A model generated the notes under the pieces. It searched no databases, was not told where the DNA came from, and worked only from the letters and a program-made list of their open reading frames with translations. The position numbers were made by a program, and so were the translations under genes. Shown piece by piece: positions 39,348-46,665 of a stretch of DNA of 64,000 nucleotides (positions within the stretch are counted from its first letter, which is position 1; each line of letters opens with the position of its first letter). Location: IMG/VR virus record IMGVR_UViG_3300049044_000033, positions 350,796 through 414,795 of that record; one strand, written 5' to 3'. Source of the DNA: a virus (lineage: Duplodnaviria > Heunggongvirae > Uroviricota > Caudoviricetes).

Positions 39348-39797
39348 ATGCGTCGAGCAATTTTAATGACGGGTATTGCTGCTGGAACAGCAATCCTATT
39401 TACTGTCGGTCTATTTGCTTCCCCTAATAAGGAAGAAAAGATCAAAACGCATATGGACAAGGTTCGCGCCATTGCTCTGTGCCAAAAAGGGTATGAGATT
39501 GCAAGCTCGTTCCCTTCTTATGCAAGCCGAAATGTTAAGGACGACTCAGTTCGAACCGAATTGATTGATCAAGCTGATACACTTGAGGCAAAGAGTAAGG
39601 CGCTTGAGGAACTTTTAACCGTAGAGTTTAAGGAAGAAGCCAAAAAGCTTGGCTTGGACGATACAACTTATGACGCCCGTCTTGCGTCTATCATTTCCGA
39701 AGCAGAATTCCAGGCCGTTATGGCTTTCCAGCAGACTGAGGAACCCCTAGAAGTTCTCAGCCAGCTGGATGAAGTCTGCCAATCCATTACCGAATAA
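39348..39797 (+). CDS. membrane-anchored/secreted hypothetical protein
   Basis: N-terminal basic plus hydrophobic segment MRRAILMTGIAAGTAILFTVGLFA; lone + strand gene with upstream TTGACT. Confidence 0.7.
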   Translation: MRRAILMTGIAAGTAILFTVGLFASPNKEEKIKTHMDKVRAIALCQKGYEIASSFPSYASRNVKDDSVRTELIDQADTLEAKSKALEELLTVEFKEEAKKLGLDDTTYDARLASIISEAEFQAVMAFQQTEEPLEVLSQLDEVCQSITE

Positions 39798-40365
39798 CCG
39801 CGTTACCCTCAGCATCGATGACCAGGGTGCCACGCTTTACCCTAAGCGAACCCTTGGTCTTTGGGTTATCGGGCGTCTCGCGAGTAGTGAATCCTGCCAA
39901 ACATTCCATGTGATGGACATAGTAGGTTTTACCCTTAGCCTTCACAACCCACATAGGGATGAATTCGTGTTCCATTGACTTCTTGTTGAAGTGGAAGTCG
40001 ATGTTCTTGGATTCAACTTCCAGGGGATATTCTTTGAACTGTTCCTTGATGCCCTTCTTCATATTCTTGATGTTCTGCCAATGGATCTTGGCTTCCTCGA
40101 GGACGGTCAGAAGCTTGCGAGCAGTTACCTTCTTGTAGGGATGCTCCCTCTGTTGACGCCTGAGTTCCTGAGCAATCTCAGCATAACCCTCATAAGGACC
40201 ATCTTCGTCCTGATGCTCTTCGAGTTCCTTGGATAGACTCTTGATCTTGGCTCGGCTTTGACGAATGTCCAGGCTGGCGTAAGCATAGAGCTTACGCCAT
40301 TCTGAACGCCACGCTATATAGCCCTCGTAGTCTTTGAACTGCGGCTTCATACCATGAACGCTCAT
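39787..40365 (-). CDS. hypothetical protein; N-terminal half paralogous to 40376..40627
   Basis: AAGGAGG RBS before ATG 40365; F...E.Y.AWR.EWR..Y motif; C-terminal FHFNK...W.VK..GKTYYV. Confidence 0.75.
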   Translation of the reverse strand: MSVHGMKPQFKDYEGYIAWRSEWRKLYAYASLDIRQSRAKIKSLSKELEEHQDEDGPYEGYAEIAQELRRQQREHPYKKVTARKLLTVLEEAKIHWQNIKNMKKGIKEQFKEYPLEVESKNIDFHFNKKSMEHEFIPMWVVKAKGKTYYVHHMECLAGFTTRETPDNPKTKGSLRVKRGTLVIDAEGNAVIR

Positions 40366-40375
40366 CTGGACCTCC

Positions 40376-40627
40376 TTACGCTTCGACGGTTGCGTTGAGC
40401 TGTTCATTCTTGAACAACTTCGCAGCTTCGAGTTGGGTCATCATGGCCGCAGCCTTGTTGCGCTTGCGCTGGAGAACGTCCTGCTGGGTTCCCTTACCGG
40501 AACGCTGCTCATCCTTGACCACAATCTTGAGGTCTCGGATTTCCTGCGAGAGAGCCTTATACTGAGTGCGCCATTCTGCACGGTAGGCCAGGTAGGTTTC
40601 ACGCGAGTTGAAGTTAAAAGTAGTCAT
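40376..40627 (-). CDS. small helical hypothetical protein
   Basis: FNSRETYLAYRAEWRTQY; GGAGG RBS. Confidence 0.75.
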   Translation of the reverse strand: MTTFNFNSRETYLAYRAEWRTQYKALSQEIRDLKIVVKDEQRSGKGTQQDVLQRKRNKAAAMMTQLEAAKLFKNEQLNATVEA

Positions 40628-40929
40628 TAGATTGATCCTCCAAAAGTCAGTTTGAAAAGTAGTGCGGTGTCATGGTTCTCAAAATACCATTTGTCACCAC
40701 CGCCATTGTGCCAAAAGCTTCCATGTTGTTCATCGCACCACGGCATCATTTCGGGAGTTTTACCCTTAACCGTTACTGTGGTGCATTCTGGCCAAGCTTC
40801 ACGAAGTCGTTTGCTCCAGTGTTTGTCTCGGGTTGAGTTGCCTACTGGCGGGCAAAATTTCATACCGCATTCTCTCCAAGCCTTGATATAGGCCTGAGTA
40901 GCGATACCTTGTGCTTCATTGAAGTCCAT
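40627..40929 (-). CDS. small protein, 'AxxFKL' family
   Basis: WC, WYFENHDTALLFKLTFGG. Confidence 0.75.
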   Translation of the reverse strand: MDFNEAQGIATQAYIKAWRECGMKFCPPVGNSTRDKHWSKRLREAWPECTTVTVKGKTPEMMPWCDEQHGSFWHNGGGDKWYFENHDTALLFKLTFGGSI

Positions 40930-40932
40930 CGG

Positions 40933-41391
40933 TCACTCCACTGCGCTAAAACGCTTGGTGATCTGATGTGCCTCTTCTCTGGTACAAGGACCAATACCGA
41001 GGGCAGTGACGATGGGTTGACCATCGAACGCCGTTCCAGGGATAACGTGGTTCTTGTCTTCGATGAGGGAGGTGATCAGACCCGCAGCCTCAGCTTCTTC
41101 GAACGCACGCCTGAGGGCGTTTTCGTTCTTAGCTTTGAGGATAACTTGGGTGCCGATGAAGTCTGGGCCCTGATAAACACGCAGGAGTTCAGGATCGCGC
41201 CGACTTGCTAGGAGGACACAATTCTTGGCCGCATGACAAGCCTGGCTTGCCAACTTACCTGGCTTCATATCCAGGTCGCCACGAATTATGCTATAAACGC
41301 GAAGCTTTTCAGAGGCAGCTTCGAAGGCCTCATAGTCGTTGTCGTTATCAAAACGAGCAGCGGCTTCCTACAAGAACGAGTTACTGAGCAT
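40933..41391 (-). CDS. pth2: peptidyl-tRNA hydrolase type 2 (Pth2) with in-frame amber codon at codon 8 (TAG, 41370-41368)
   Basis: ATG CTC AGT AAC TCG TTC TTG TAG GAA GCC..., then KLRVYSIIRGDLDMKPGKLASQACHA...VILKA...IED...VTALGIGP; AAGGA RBS before ATG 41391; no ATG/GTG/TTG between the TAG and the first beta strand. Confidence 0.85.
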
Positions 41392-41431
41392 TTGCTTTCC
41401 TTTCTATTTGCGTCCAACATCGGACGTCCTC

Positions 41432-41459
41432 AACATATGACACATCTAGGATGTGTCAA
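41432..41459 (-). promoter_or_regulatory. sigma70-type promoter (TTGACA-N16-TATGTT) overlapped by a perfect 9-bp inverted repeat
   Basis: TGACACATC-TAG-GATGTGTCA at 41438-41458; upstream of pth2. Confidence 0.6.
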
Positions 41460-41467
41460 CACTTTTC

Positions 41468-41800
41468 TTATCTCCACCTCAATTTAAACATCATCGCATC
41501 TCGGGGAGATTCAAAAACCACGCCAACACTATAAGAACAACCGGTTTCCCAACCTACCTTCTTCCAAACGCCGTGCTTGACATTCTCAGAACACCATTCC
41601 TCAACAGGAATAAAGGTGTTCCAAGTAAAACCTAGCATCTTTACAAGATACCAGCCTGGGAATTGGTTGTTGATGGTGGCCACGAAATCACCGTCTTCCC
41701 ATTCGTCTTCTTCGAATAGGGCAGAGTTTTCGGGTTCTTCGGAAATTTGGCCGTCATGGGAATCGAAATCATCCCACAGCCATGTTACTTCACTTGTCAT
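41468..41800 (-). CDS. small protein, 'AxxFKL' family
   Basis: EWCSEN...W...VVFESPRDAMMFKLRW. Confidence 0.8.
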   Translation of the reverse strand: MTSEVTWLWDDFDSHDGQISEEPENSALFEEDEWEDGDFVATINNQFPGWYLVKMLGFTWNTFIPVEEWCSENVKHGVWKKVGWETGCSYSVGVVFESPRDAMMFKLRWR

Positions 41801-41921
41801 ATAATCCTACTGTCTATTAAGCTTTGATTGCCTAACAGTGGAGGAGGGCCTCTTTGGACCTAGTGATGCTTATTCGTGTTCATGTAACTACTTATAAGGC
41901 ACTAGGTCCCTAGAGTCAAAA

Positions 41922-42572
41922 TTAAAGTTTGCTGCCCATTCGAGCATAAATCCAGTTCTTTTCCTCAGTGGTAATATCGAACTTCACGTTGGGATATTTT
42001 GCCTGGATCTTGCTAACGATCTGCTTTATCTGCTGACCGCTCTCATGAGTCAAAACCTGCCAGTCGTAATCTTCTTCATCTTCTTCACCTTCGGGATTCT
42101 CCCATGAACCCCAATCTCGAACTTCGAATGAATCAGATGATGAACGAAACTCTGAATACCTATTCGCAGTCTGTTTGAACGCTGACAATAGTTCAGAAGT
42201 TGCCTTGGAAATTTCTTCCGGAGTAGCTTTAGCAGTAGGCTCACCTGCACGAACCGGTTCTTCTTGCTTATTAGCAGATGTGCCTTTAGGCTTTTCAGCA
42301 ACCTTGCCGAAGCCATAAGTGACTGCACCACGACCCGCAACGTTACTAGCATCGGTGGTTTCCCACATGCCAACAACATTACCCTGTTGATCAATGATGT
42401 GGTAGACCCCAAGAGTAAAGCCCATCTTGGAACCCTTACTTTGAACTAGCTTGGATTCATGGTCTGATTCACCCCAAACACTATATATGGCTTTCTTCAA
42501 GCTTGGGCGATCAGTATAGGTTGCGTTAATGAACTTTGGTTCATTCGCCTCGAAAATTTCATGAGCTCGCAT
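41922..42572 (-). CDS. putative late/virion-internal protein
   Basis: MRAHEIFEA N-terminus, own late promoter, AAAGGAG RBS. Confidence 0.65.
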   Translation of the reverse strand: MRAHEIFEANEPKFINATYTDRPSLKKAIYSVWGESDHESKLVQSKGSKMGFTLGVYHIIDQQGNVVGMWETTDASNVAGRGAVTYGFGKVAEKPKGTSANKQEEPVRAGEPTAKATPEEISKATSELLSAFKQTANRYSEFRSSSDSFEVRDWGSWENPEGEEDEEDYDWQVLTHESGQQIKQIVSKIQAKYPNVKFDITTEEKNWIYARMGSKL

Positions 42573-42593
42573 ATTAGGCTCCTTTCTCTGGCC

Positions 42594-42601
42594 TATTTAT
42601 T
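42594..42601 (-). promoter_or_regulatory. putative late promoter AATAAATA
   Basis: TAAATA core 21 nt upstream of ATG 42572. Confidence 0.6.
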
Positions 42602-43040
42602 CAAGCAATCCACGGTCAAAGCATTCATTCAAAACGCCTCGATAAACGCGCATATTTGGCCGATAGGGACCGCGCCCGAAATACTTTGCGTCGTCCCCGT
42701 TAAGGGCCTTCTCAAGCGCCGCAGCAACCGCCGCGCTCCGACATTGCCCCATAAGACAATGAACGTATATGACGCTCGTTCCCGCTTTATTCATGTCTTC
42801 ATAGAAGTCCAAAATAGTCTTCGCATGGGAATCGTCAAACAAGATTCGAGTCTCATTCTCCGGCTCGCCGTTCTTGTATGCATCAATATCGTGGAACTTG
42901 AGATTGAGACGACCCTGAAGGAATTCATTCTCATGAACCTCAGGGAAGTCACCTTTCTCACAGATGCTGATCAGCGCCCAAGGCTTCTCTGGTGGATTAG
43001 CGGCCATCATAGTGGCCCGGCTATAGACTACAAACTTCAT
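42597..43040 (-). CDS. protein-tyrosine/dual-specificity phosphatase-like protein
   Basis: ISI, L.FHD, VHCLMGQCRSAAVA (CX5R), PN..VY; probable start ATG 43040. Confidence 0.85.
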   Translation of the reverse strand: MKFVVYSRATMMAANPPEKPWALISICEKGDFPEVHENEFLQGRLNLKFHDIDAYKNGEPENETRILFDDSHAKTILDFYEDMNKAGTSVIYVHCLMGQCRSAAVAAALEKALNGDDAKYFGRGPYRPNMRVYRGVLNECFDRGLLE

Positions 43041-43071
43041 ATCCAGAGCTTTACTGGTTATTAGGCCTGTG

Positions 43072-43887
43072 TCAAGCTTCGGACCAAATATCCAGGGCAA
43101 GATCTTCGCGTTGCGCTTGCTGCCAGTTATAGACGCAACGGTCAAGACCAAGGGCAATTTCGAGCACAAGTGCGTCTTTCTCGATTAGACCTTTCTTGCC
43201 CTGGAAGCGAAGCTTCTCGGGGAAATCAGTCCGCTTGCTGATGCTGCAGACTTCCATCCACTTGTCGCCATTGTAGACTTCAACGTCCATCGTGCGAAGT
43301 GAATAAGCGGGAAGGCGGTCTGACTCTACTAGACGAGTGGGCAGGTGAACCATGCTAGCAATCATCTTGCGAACCGGTTCAAGCATTGCTTCCTGATAAT
43401 CATCAGCGGTATCTGCACTGTAGACGCACTGGAATTCCTGCTGGTAGAACTCCTTAAGGCGCATGTGCTTCGTGGGCTGCACGATTTCCCGACGGAAGCT
43501 CTTGCCCGCCTGCCAAACCACGAAGGGCGGCTGAACGCCCGTATGACTATTGAGCAGGTATTGCGCGTAGGAGTAGCTGCCAGGTGTGGTCTCAGGACGC
43601 AGGGCGAGGGCACGAGGAGCAGGACGAGTGCCAGCTTGGATCTCTGTCAGTTCTTCCAACGGCACAACAGAGTTCTGTTCCCAGATATCCTGACCGGTAT
43701 AGTTGACGTTCAGAAGATCTCGCGGTGTAAGCAGCGGTGCTTCGATGAAGTGGAAAGCCCAACGAGGATTGATAGCCAGCAATTGGCTTTGAACCTCACG
43801 AGCAAAGAAATCCCGGAAGGTTTCACGAAGCCTGATCTCCTGCTCATTCCAAAAGACCAAGCCATTAATTTCGTAGGGATTCTGCAT
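43072..43887 (-). CDS. minimal class II aminoacyl-tRNA synthetase catalytic domain, GlyRS(alpha2)-like, without anticodon-binding domain
   Basis: Motif 1 P (IEAPLLTP), LRPETT, motif 2 GKSFRRE...RLKEFYQQEF, EVCSISKRTDF, motif 3 VLEIALGLDR; ends about 20 aa after motif 3. Confidence 0.85.
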   Translation of the reverse strand: MQNPYEINGLVFWNEQEIRLRETFRDFFAREVQSQLLAINPRWAFHFIEAPLLTPRDLLNVNYTGQDIWEQNSVVPLEELTEIQAGTRPAPRALALRPETTPGSYSYAQYLLNSHTGVQPPFVVWQAGKSFRREIVQPTKHMRLKEFYQQEFQCVYSADTADDYQEAMLEPVRKMIASMVHLPTRLVESDRLPAYSLRTMDVEVYNGDKWMEVCSISKRTDFPEKLRFQGKKGLIEKDALVLEIALGLDRCVYNWQQAQREDLALDIWSEA

Positions 43888-44024
43888 CAGACATAGCCTT
43901 TAAGCAATGAGGTGAAAAGAAGAGACAACATGGCAACTACAAAGAGCAGGAAGAGTGCTCCGGCCCAAGGAAGACCTTTAGTTTCAGTTCTTAACTTAGG
44001 CGGTTCAGGTCTTTCGGGCATCAT
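43887..44024 (-). CDS. 45-aa single-TM membrane protein (not in the ORF track)
   Basis: MMPERPEPPKLRTETKGLPWAGALFLLFVVAMLSLLFTSLLKGYV*; its TGA overlaps the synthetase ATG (TGATG). Confidence 0.65.
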   Translation of the reverse strand: MMPERPEPPKLRTETKGLPWAGALFLLFVVAMLSLLFTSLLKGYV

Positions 44025-44037
44025 GTTTTCTCGTATT

Positions 44038-44113
44038 TGGCGCGCCTAGCGAGGCTCGAACTCGCGACCCGCAGATTTAGAGTCTGCTGCTCTACCAACT
44101 GAGCTATAAGCGC
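44038..44113 (-). tRNA. tRNA with CUA anticodon (amber suppressor), CCA encoded
   Basis: GCGCTTA TA GCTC AGTTGGTA GAGC A GCAGA CT-CTA-AA TCTGC GGGTC GCGAG TTCGAGC CTCGC TAGGCGC G CCA; 76 nt, all stems pair; anticodon at 44080-44078. Confidence 0.95.
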
Positions 44114-44124
44114 ATTCAACCTTT

Positions 44125-44583
44125 TTAGGACTTATTTTCCAGCTTGTCAAGTCGCTCGACGATTTGACGAAGCAATTCTGTTTGCTCCCGATCGTTTTCT
44201 TTGAGGTGTTCCTGCTCTTCATGTGTGAAGGCGTCGCTGTTAACGATCAGCTGAGCAGAGAACTTGGCGACCAGAAGTGGCTGGATATAGAATACACTGA
44301 AGAACATAAATGCCCCGCCAACGAGCTTGCTGATCAACTTTGTGGGATAGAGGTCACCATATCCAACAGTAGTCGAGGTAACAGTTGCCCACCAGAAGCT
44401 ATTGGTGAGGTCCTTGTCTTCAACAATACTGAAGGTCACTGCCGCGACGGTCATAGCAGAGATAAAGGTTAGAATGAGCGGGAGGGCTTTATTGGCCATC
44501 TTCTGTATGAAGTTAAGTTCCTGGCCTGCCCCTGCAGCGGCCTTTAGAAAGTCGTTACCTGCCCGTTCGATCTGTTTACGCAT
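44125..44583 (-). CDS. two-TM potassium channel (KcsA-like)
   Basis: WWATVTSTTVGYGDLYP selectivity filter between two TM helices; AGGAGG RBS before ATG 44583. Confidence 0.9.
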   Translation of the reverse strand: MRKQIERAGNDFLKAAAGAGQELNFIQKMANKALPLILTFISAMTVAAVTFSIVEDKDLTNSFWWATVTSTTVGYGDLYPTKLISKLVGGAFMFFSVFYIQPLLVAKFSAQLIVNSDAFTHEEQEHLKENDREQTELLRQIVERLDKLENKS

Positions 44584-44603
44584 GAATGTTCCTCCTTGCA
44601 CTC

Positions 44604-44631
44604 TCGATAACACAGGAGAACAATTTGTCAA
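44604..44631 (-). promoter_or_regulatory. sigma70-type promoter for the K-channel/tRNA/synthetase operon
   Basis: TTGACA at 44631-44626, 16-nt spacer, TATCGA; directly after a hairpin. Confidence 0.5.
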
Positions 44632-44635
44632 GCGA

Positions 44636-44661
44636 ATAGGTGCTAGTTTCCTAGCACCTAT
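44636..44661 (-). terminator. hairpin/terminator after the membrane-protein gene
   Basis: ATAGGTGCTAG-TTTC-CTAGCACCTAT. Confidence 0.6.
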
Positions 44662-44681
44662 CTCTCTAAGCTACTTCGCTA

Positions 44682-45290
44682 TTAGGAGAGTTCGCTATAC
44701 TTGCTTGCCATGCGATCCGACATCGCCTGGAGCATACCGGAGATGTTCCGATAAATCGTCGCAAACACACGGCTGAGGAAATCACCGAAGAACGTGCCGA
44801 CGATTGAGAACGGCCAATAAACCATCCAGGTCGTGATACGAGCCTTGTTATTGCGGGCCATACGCTTTACCTGAATGTTCAGGACCTGGACTTCTCGAAC
44901 GTTATTGAACCGGTCACGAACCGTTGGATCTGCTGGAAAATCCTTGAGCGTTTCGCCATTCGGACCAGCAGTTTTGAGGAACTTGGTCCGAATCATATCG
45001 TAGCTCTTAAACAAATCAGGCAAGAAGAAAACTCGCCACTTGATTGTAGCCCAGATTCCGGCCATGCCTAGATAACCTAACAGCCCGTAGACTACATAGA
45101 TTGGGTGAGCCTTGACCGTGGCAACAATCGGGAGATTGCTGAATAGGACGAGGATCAGGACACTTATAAGGAAGGTGAGAGTTGCCTGACCGGCCTTATC
45201 CTGGCTAACCTGAGACGAGAGGATGAGAGTAACGAGGCCGAGGAAGGTCCAAAACAGGATGCCCCCGACGACAAGAAAACTAAAAAGCAT
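44682..45290 (-). CDS. multi-pass membrane protein
   Basis: Several hydrophobic helices, NK.RI..W..YWPFS; ATG 45290 just after the cysS stop. Confidence 0.75.
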   Translation of the reverse strand: MLFSFLVVGGILFWTFLGLVTLILSSQVSQDKAGQATLTFLISVLILVLFSNLPIVATVKAHPIYVVYGLLGYLGMAGIWATIKWRVFFLPDLFKSYDMIRTKFLKTAGPNGETLKDFPADPTVRDRFNNVREVQVLNIQVKRMARNNKARITTWMVYWPFSIVGTFFGDFLSRVFATIYRNISGMLQAMSDRMASKYSELS

Positions 45291-45291
45291 T

Positions 45292-46635
45292 TTACGCCTT
45301 CTTCCATTCTGTGCCGTGGATTCCATCGGCAAGTGTGATACCAGCGTCTGCAAGTTGCTGGCGAATTTCATCTGCTCGTGCGTAGTCTTTGTTCCTACGC
45401 GCTGCTTGACGTTCGCTTATTAGTTGTTCAACCCACTCTTTGTCAACACCAAAGGTGCGCCATTGGTGAGGAGTTTGGTTAAACAATCCGAGAAGCTGCC
45501 CACCCCTAATAAACTTTGCCTTCGCTGGCGCCCCTCCGCCATGCTCAAGATCATCAGCTAACTCATGCAGAGCAGAGAGTGCAGCCGTGGTATTGAGGTC
45601 GTTGGATAGAGCTTCTAAGACATTCTCTGGTGCATCAACGGCTTCTGGGTAGTTGAGTTCGTCGAACCTCCACAAGACATTATAGAGACGATCTAGCGCA
45701 CGATGAGCACTAGCAAGCTTCTCCATAGTAAAGTCCATAGGACTGCGATAGTGTGATTGCAGGAAGAGATAGCGAACCGATTCGCCAGGATATTGGTCCA
45801 ATAGGTCTCGGAGCAAAATCACGTTGCCTCGACTCTTGCTCATCTTCTCACTGCCTACAGTCAAGAGACCATTGTGGAGCCAATATTTGGCCAGAGGTTG
45901 ACCAGTCACGCACTGACTTTGGGCACATTCTGCATCGTGGTGTGGGAACCTGAGATCCTGTCCACCTCCATGAATATCAATAGTAGATCCACCATAAAGG
46001 CTGTAGATCATAGCTGAACATTCAATGTGCCATCCGGGACGTCCGTGACCCCAAGGTGAAAACCATTTAGGCTCTCCTTCCTTAGCGGGCTTCCAGAGAA
46101 CAAAGTCCCTTGGATCCTTTTTCTTTGGATTCACCTCCACCCGAGCGCCACTATTCCAATGAGTATGGTTAGCCAGACCAGGATGAGGATTACTGGGAAC
46201 GTGGAAGAACACCTCTCCGTCGACTTCATAAGCGTGACCATCGTCTATGAGTTTATGGATGAGAATGATCATACTCGAGACATAATCCGTGGCTTTAGGC
46301 TCCATGTAGGGAGACAAGCAGCACAAATCTTCGAGATCCTGATGATAAGCAATCGTTGCAGTATCAGTGATCTGACTGATCGGTACACCTCGCTCAATCG
46401 AGGCAGTAATAATCTTATCATCAATATCAGTGATATTGCGGGCGTATCGAACCGACTCAGGATAGGTGTATTCGAGAAGCCTATAAAGCTGGTCAAACAC
46501 GATAGCCGGACGAGCATTCCCTATGTGGGCTGGACCATACACAGTTGGTCCGCAGACATACATTGTGATAAGACGATCATCACGAGGGATGAACTCTTCA
46601 AGGCTTCGTGTCTGACTATTGTGTAGCTTGATCAT
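45292..46635 (-). CDS. cysS: cysteinyl-tRNA synthetase
   Basis: MYVCGPTVY, HIGN, NITDIDDKI, DFVLWK, GRPGWHIECS, DIHGGGQDLRFPHH, KMSKS, intact anticodon domain. Confidence 0.95.
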   Translation of the reverse strand: MIKLHNSQTRSLEEFIPRDDRLITMYVCGPTVYGPAHIGNARPAIVFDQLYRLLEYTYPESVRYARNITDIDDKIITASIERGVPISQITDTATIAYHQDLEDLCCLSPYMEPKATDYVSSMIILIHKLIDDGHAYEVDGEVFFHVPSNPHPGLANHTHWNSGARVEVNPKKKDPRDFVLWKPAKEGEPKWFSPWGHGRPGWHIECSAMIYSLYGGSTIDIHGGGQDLRFPHHDAECAQSQCVTGQPLAKYWLHNGLLTVGSEKMSKSRGNVILLRDLLDQYPGESVRYLFLQSHYRSPMDFTMEKLASAHRALDRLYNVLWRFDELNYPEAVDAPENVLEALSNDLNTTAALSALHELADDLEHGGGAPAKAKFIRGGQLLGLFNQTPHQWRTFGVDKEWVEQLISERQAARRNKDYARADEIRQQLADAGITLADGIHGTEWKKA

Positions 46636-46665
46636 CCGACCAATTTAAGGTGGAATGACTAGATG

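Noticed and set aside
44038-44113. tRNA-Pyl / pyrrolysine system
   Set aside because: The cloverleaf is canonical (GG in the D-loop, TTCGA T-loop, 5-bp anticodon stem). No pylBCD genes are present, and the synthetase motifs are GlyRS-like rather than PylRS-like.
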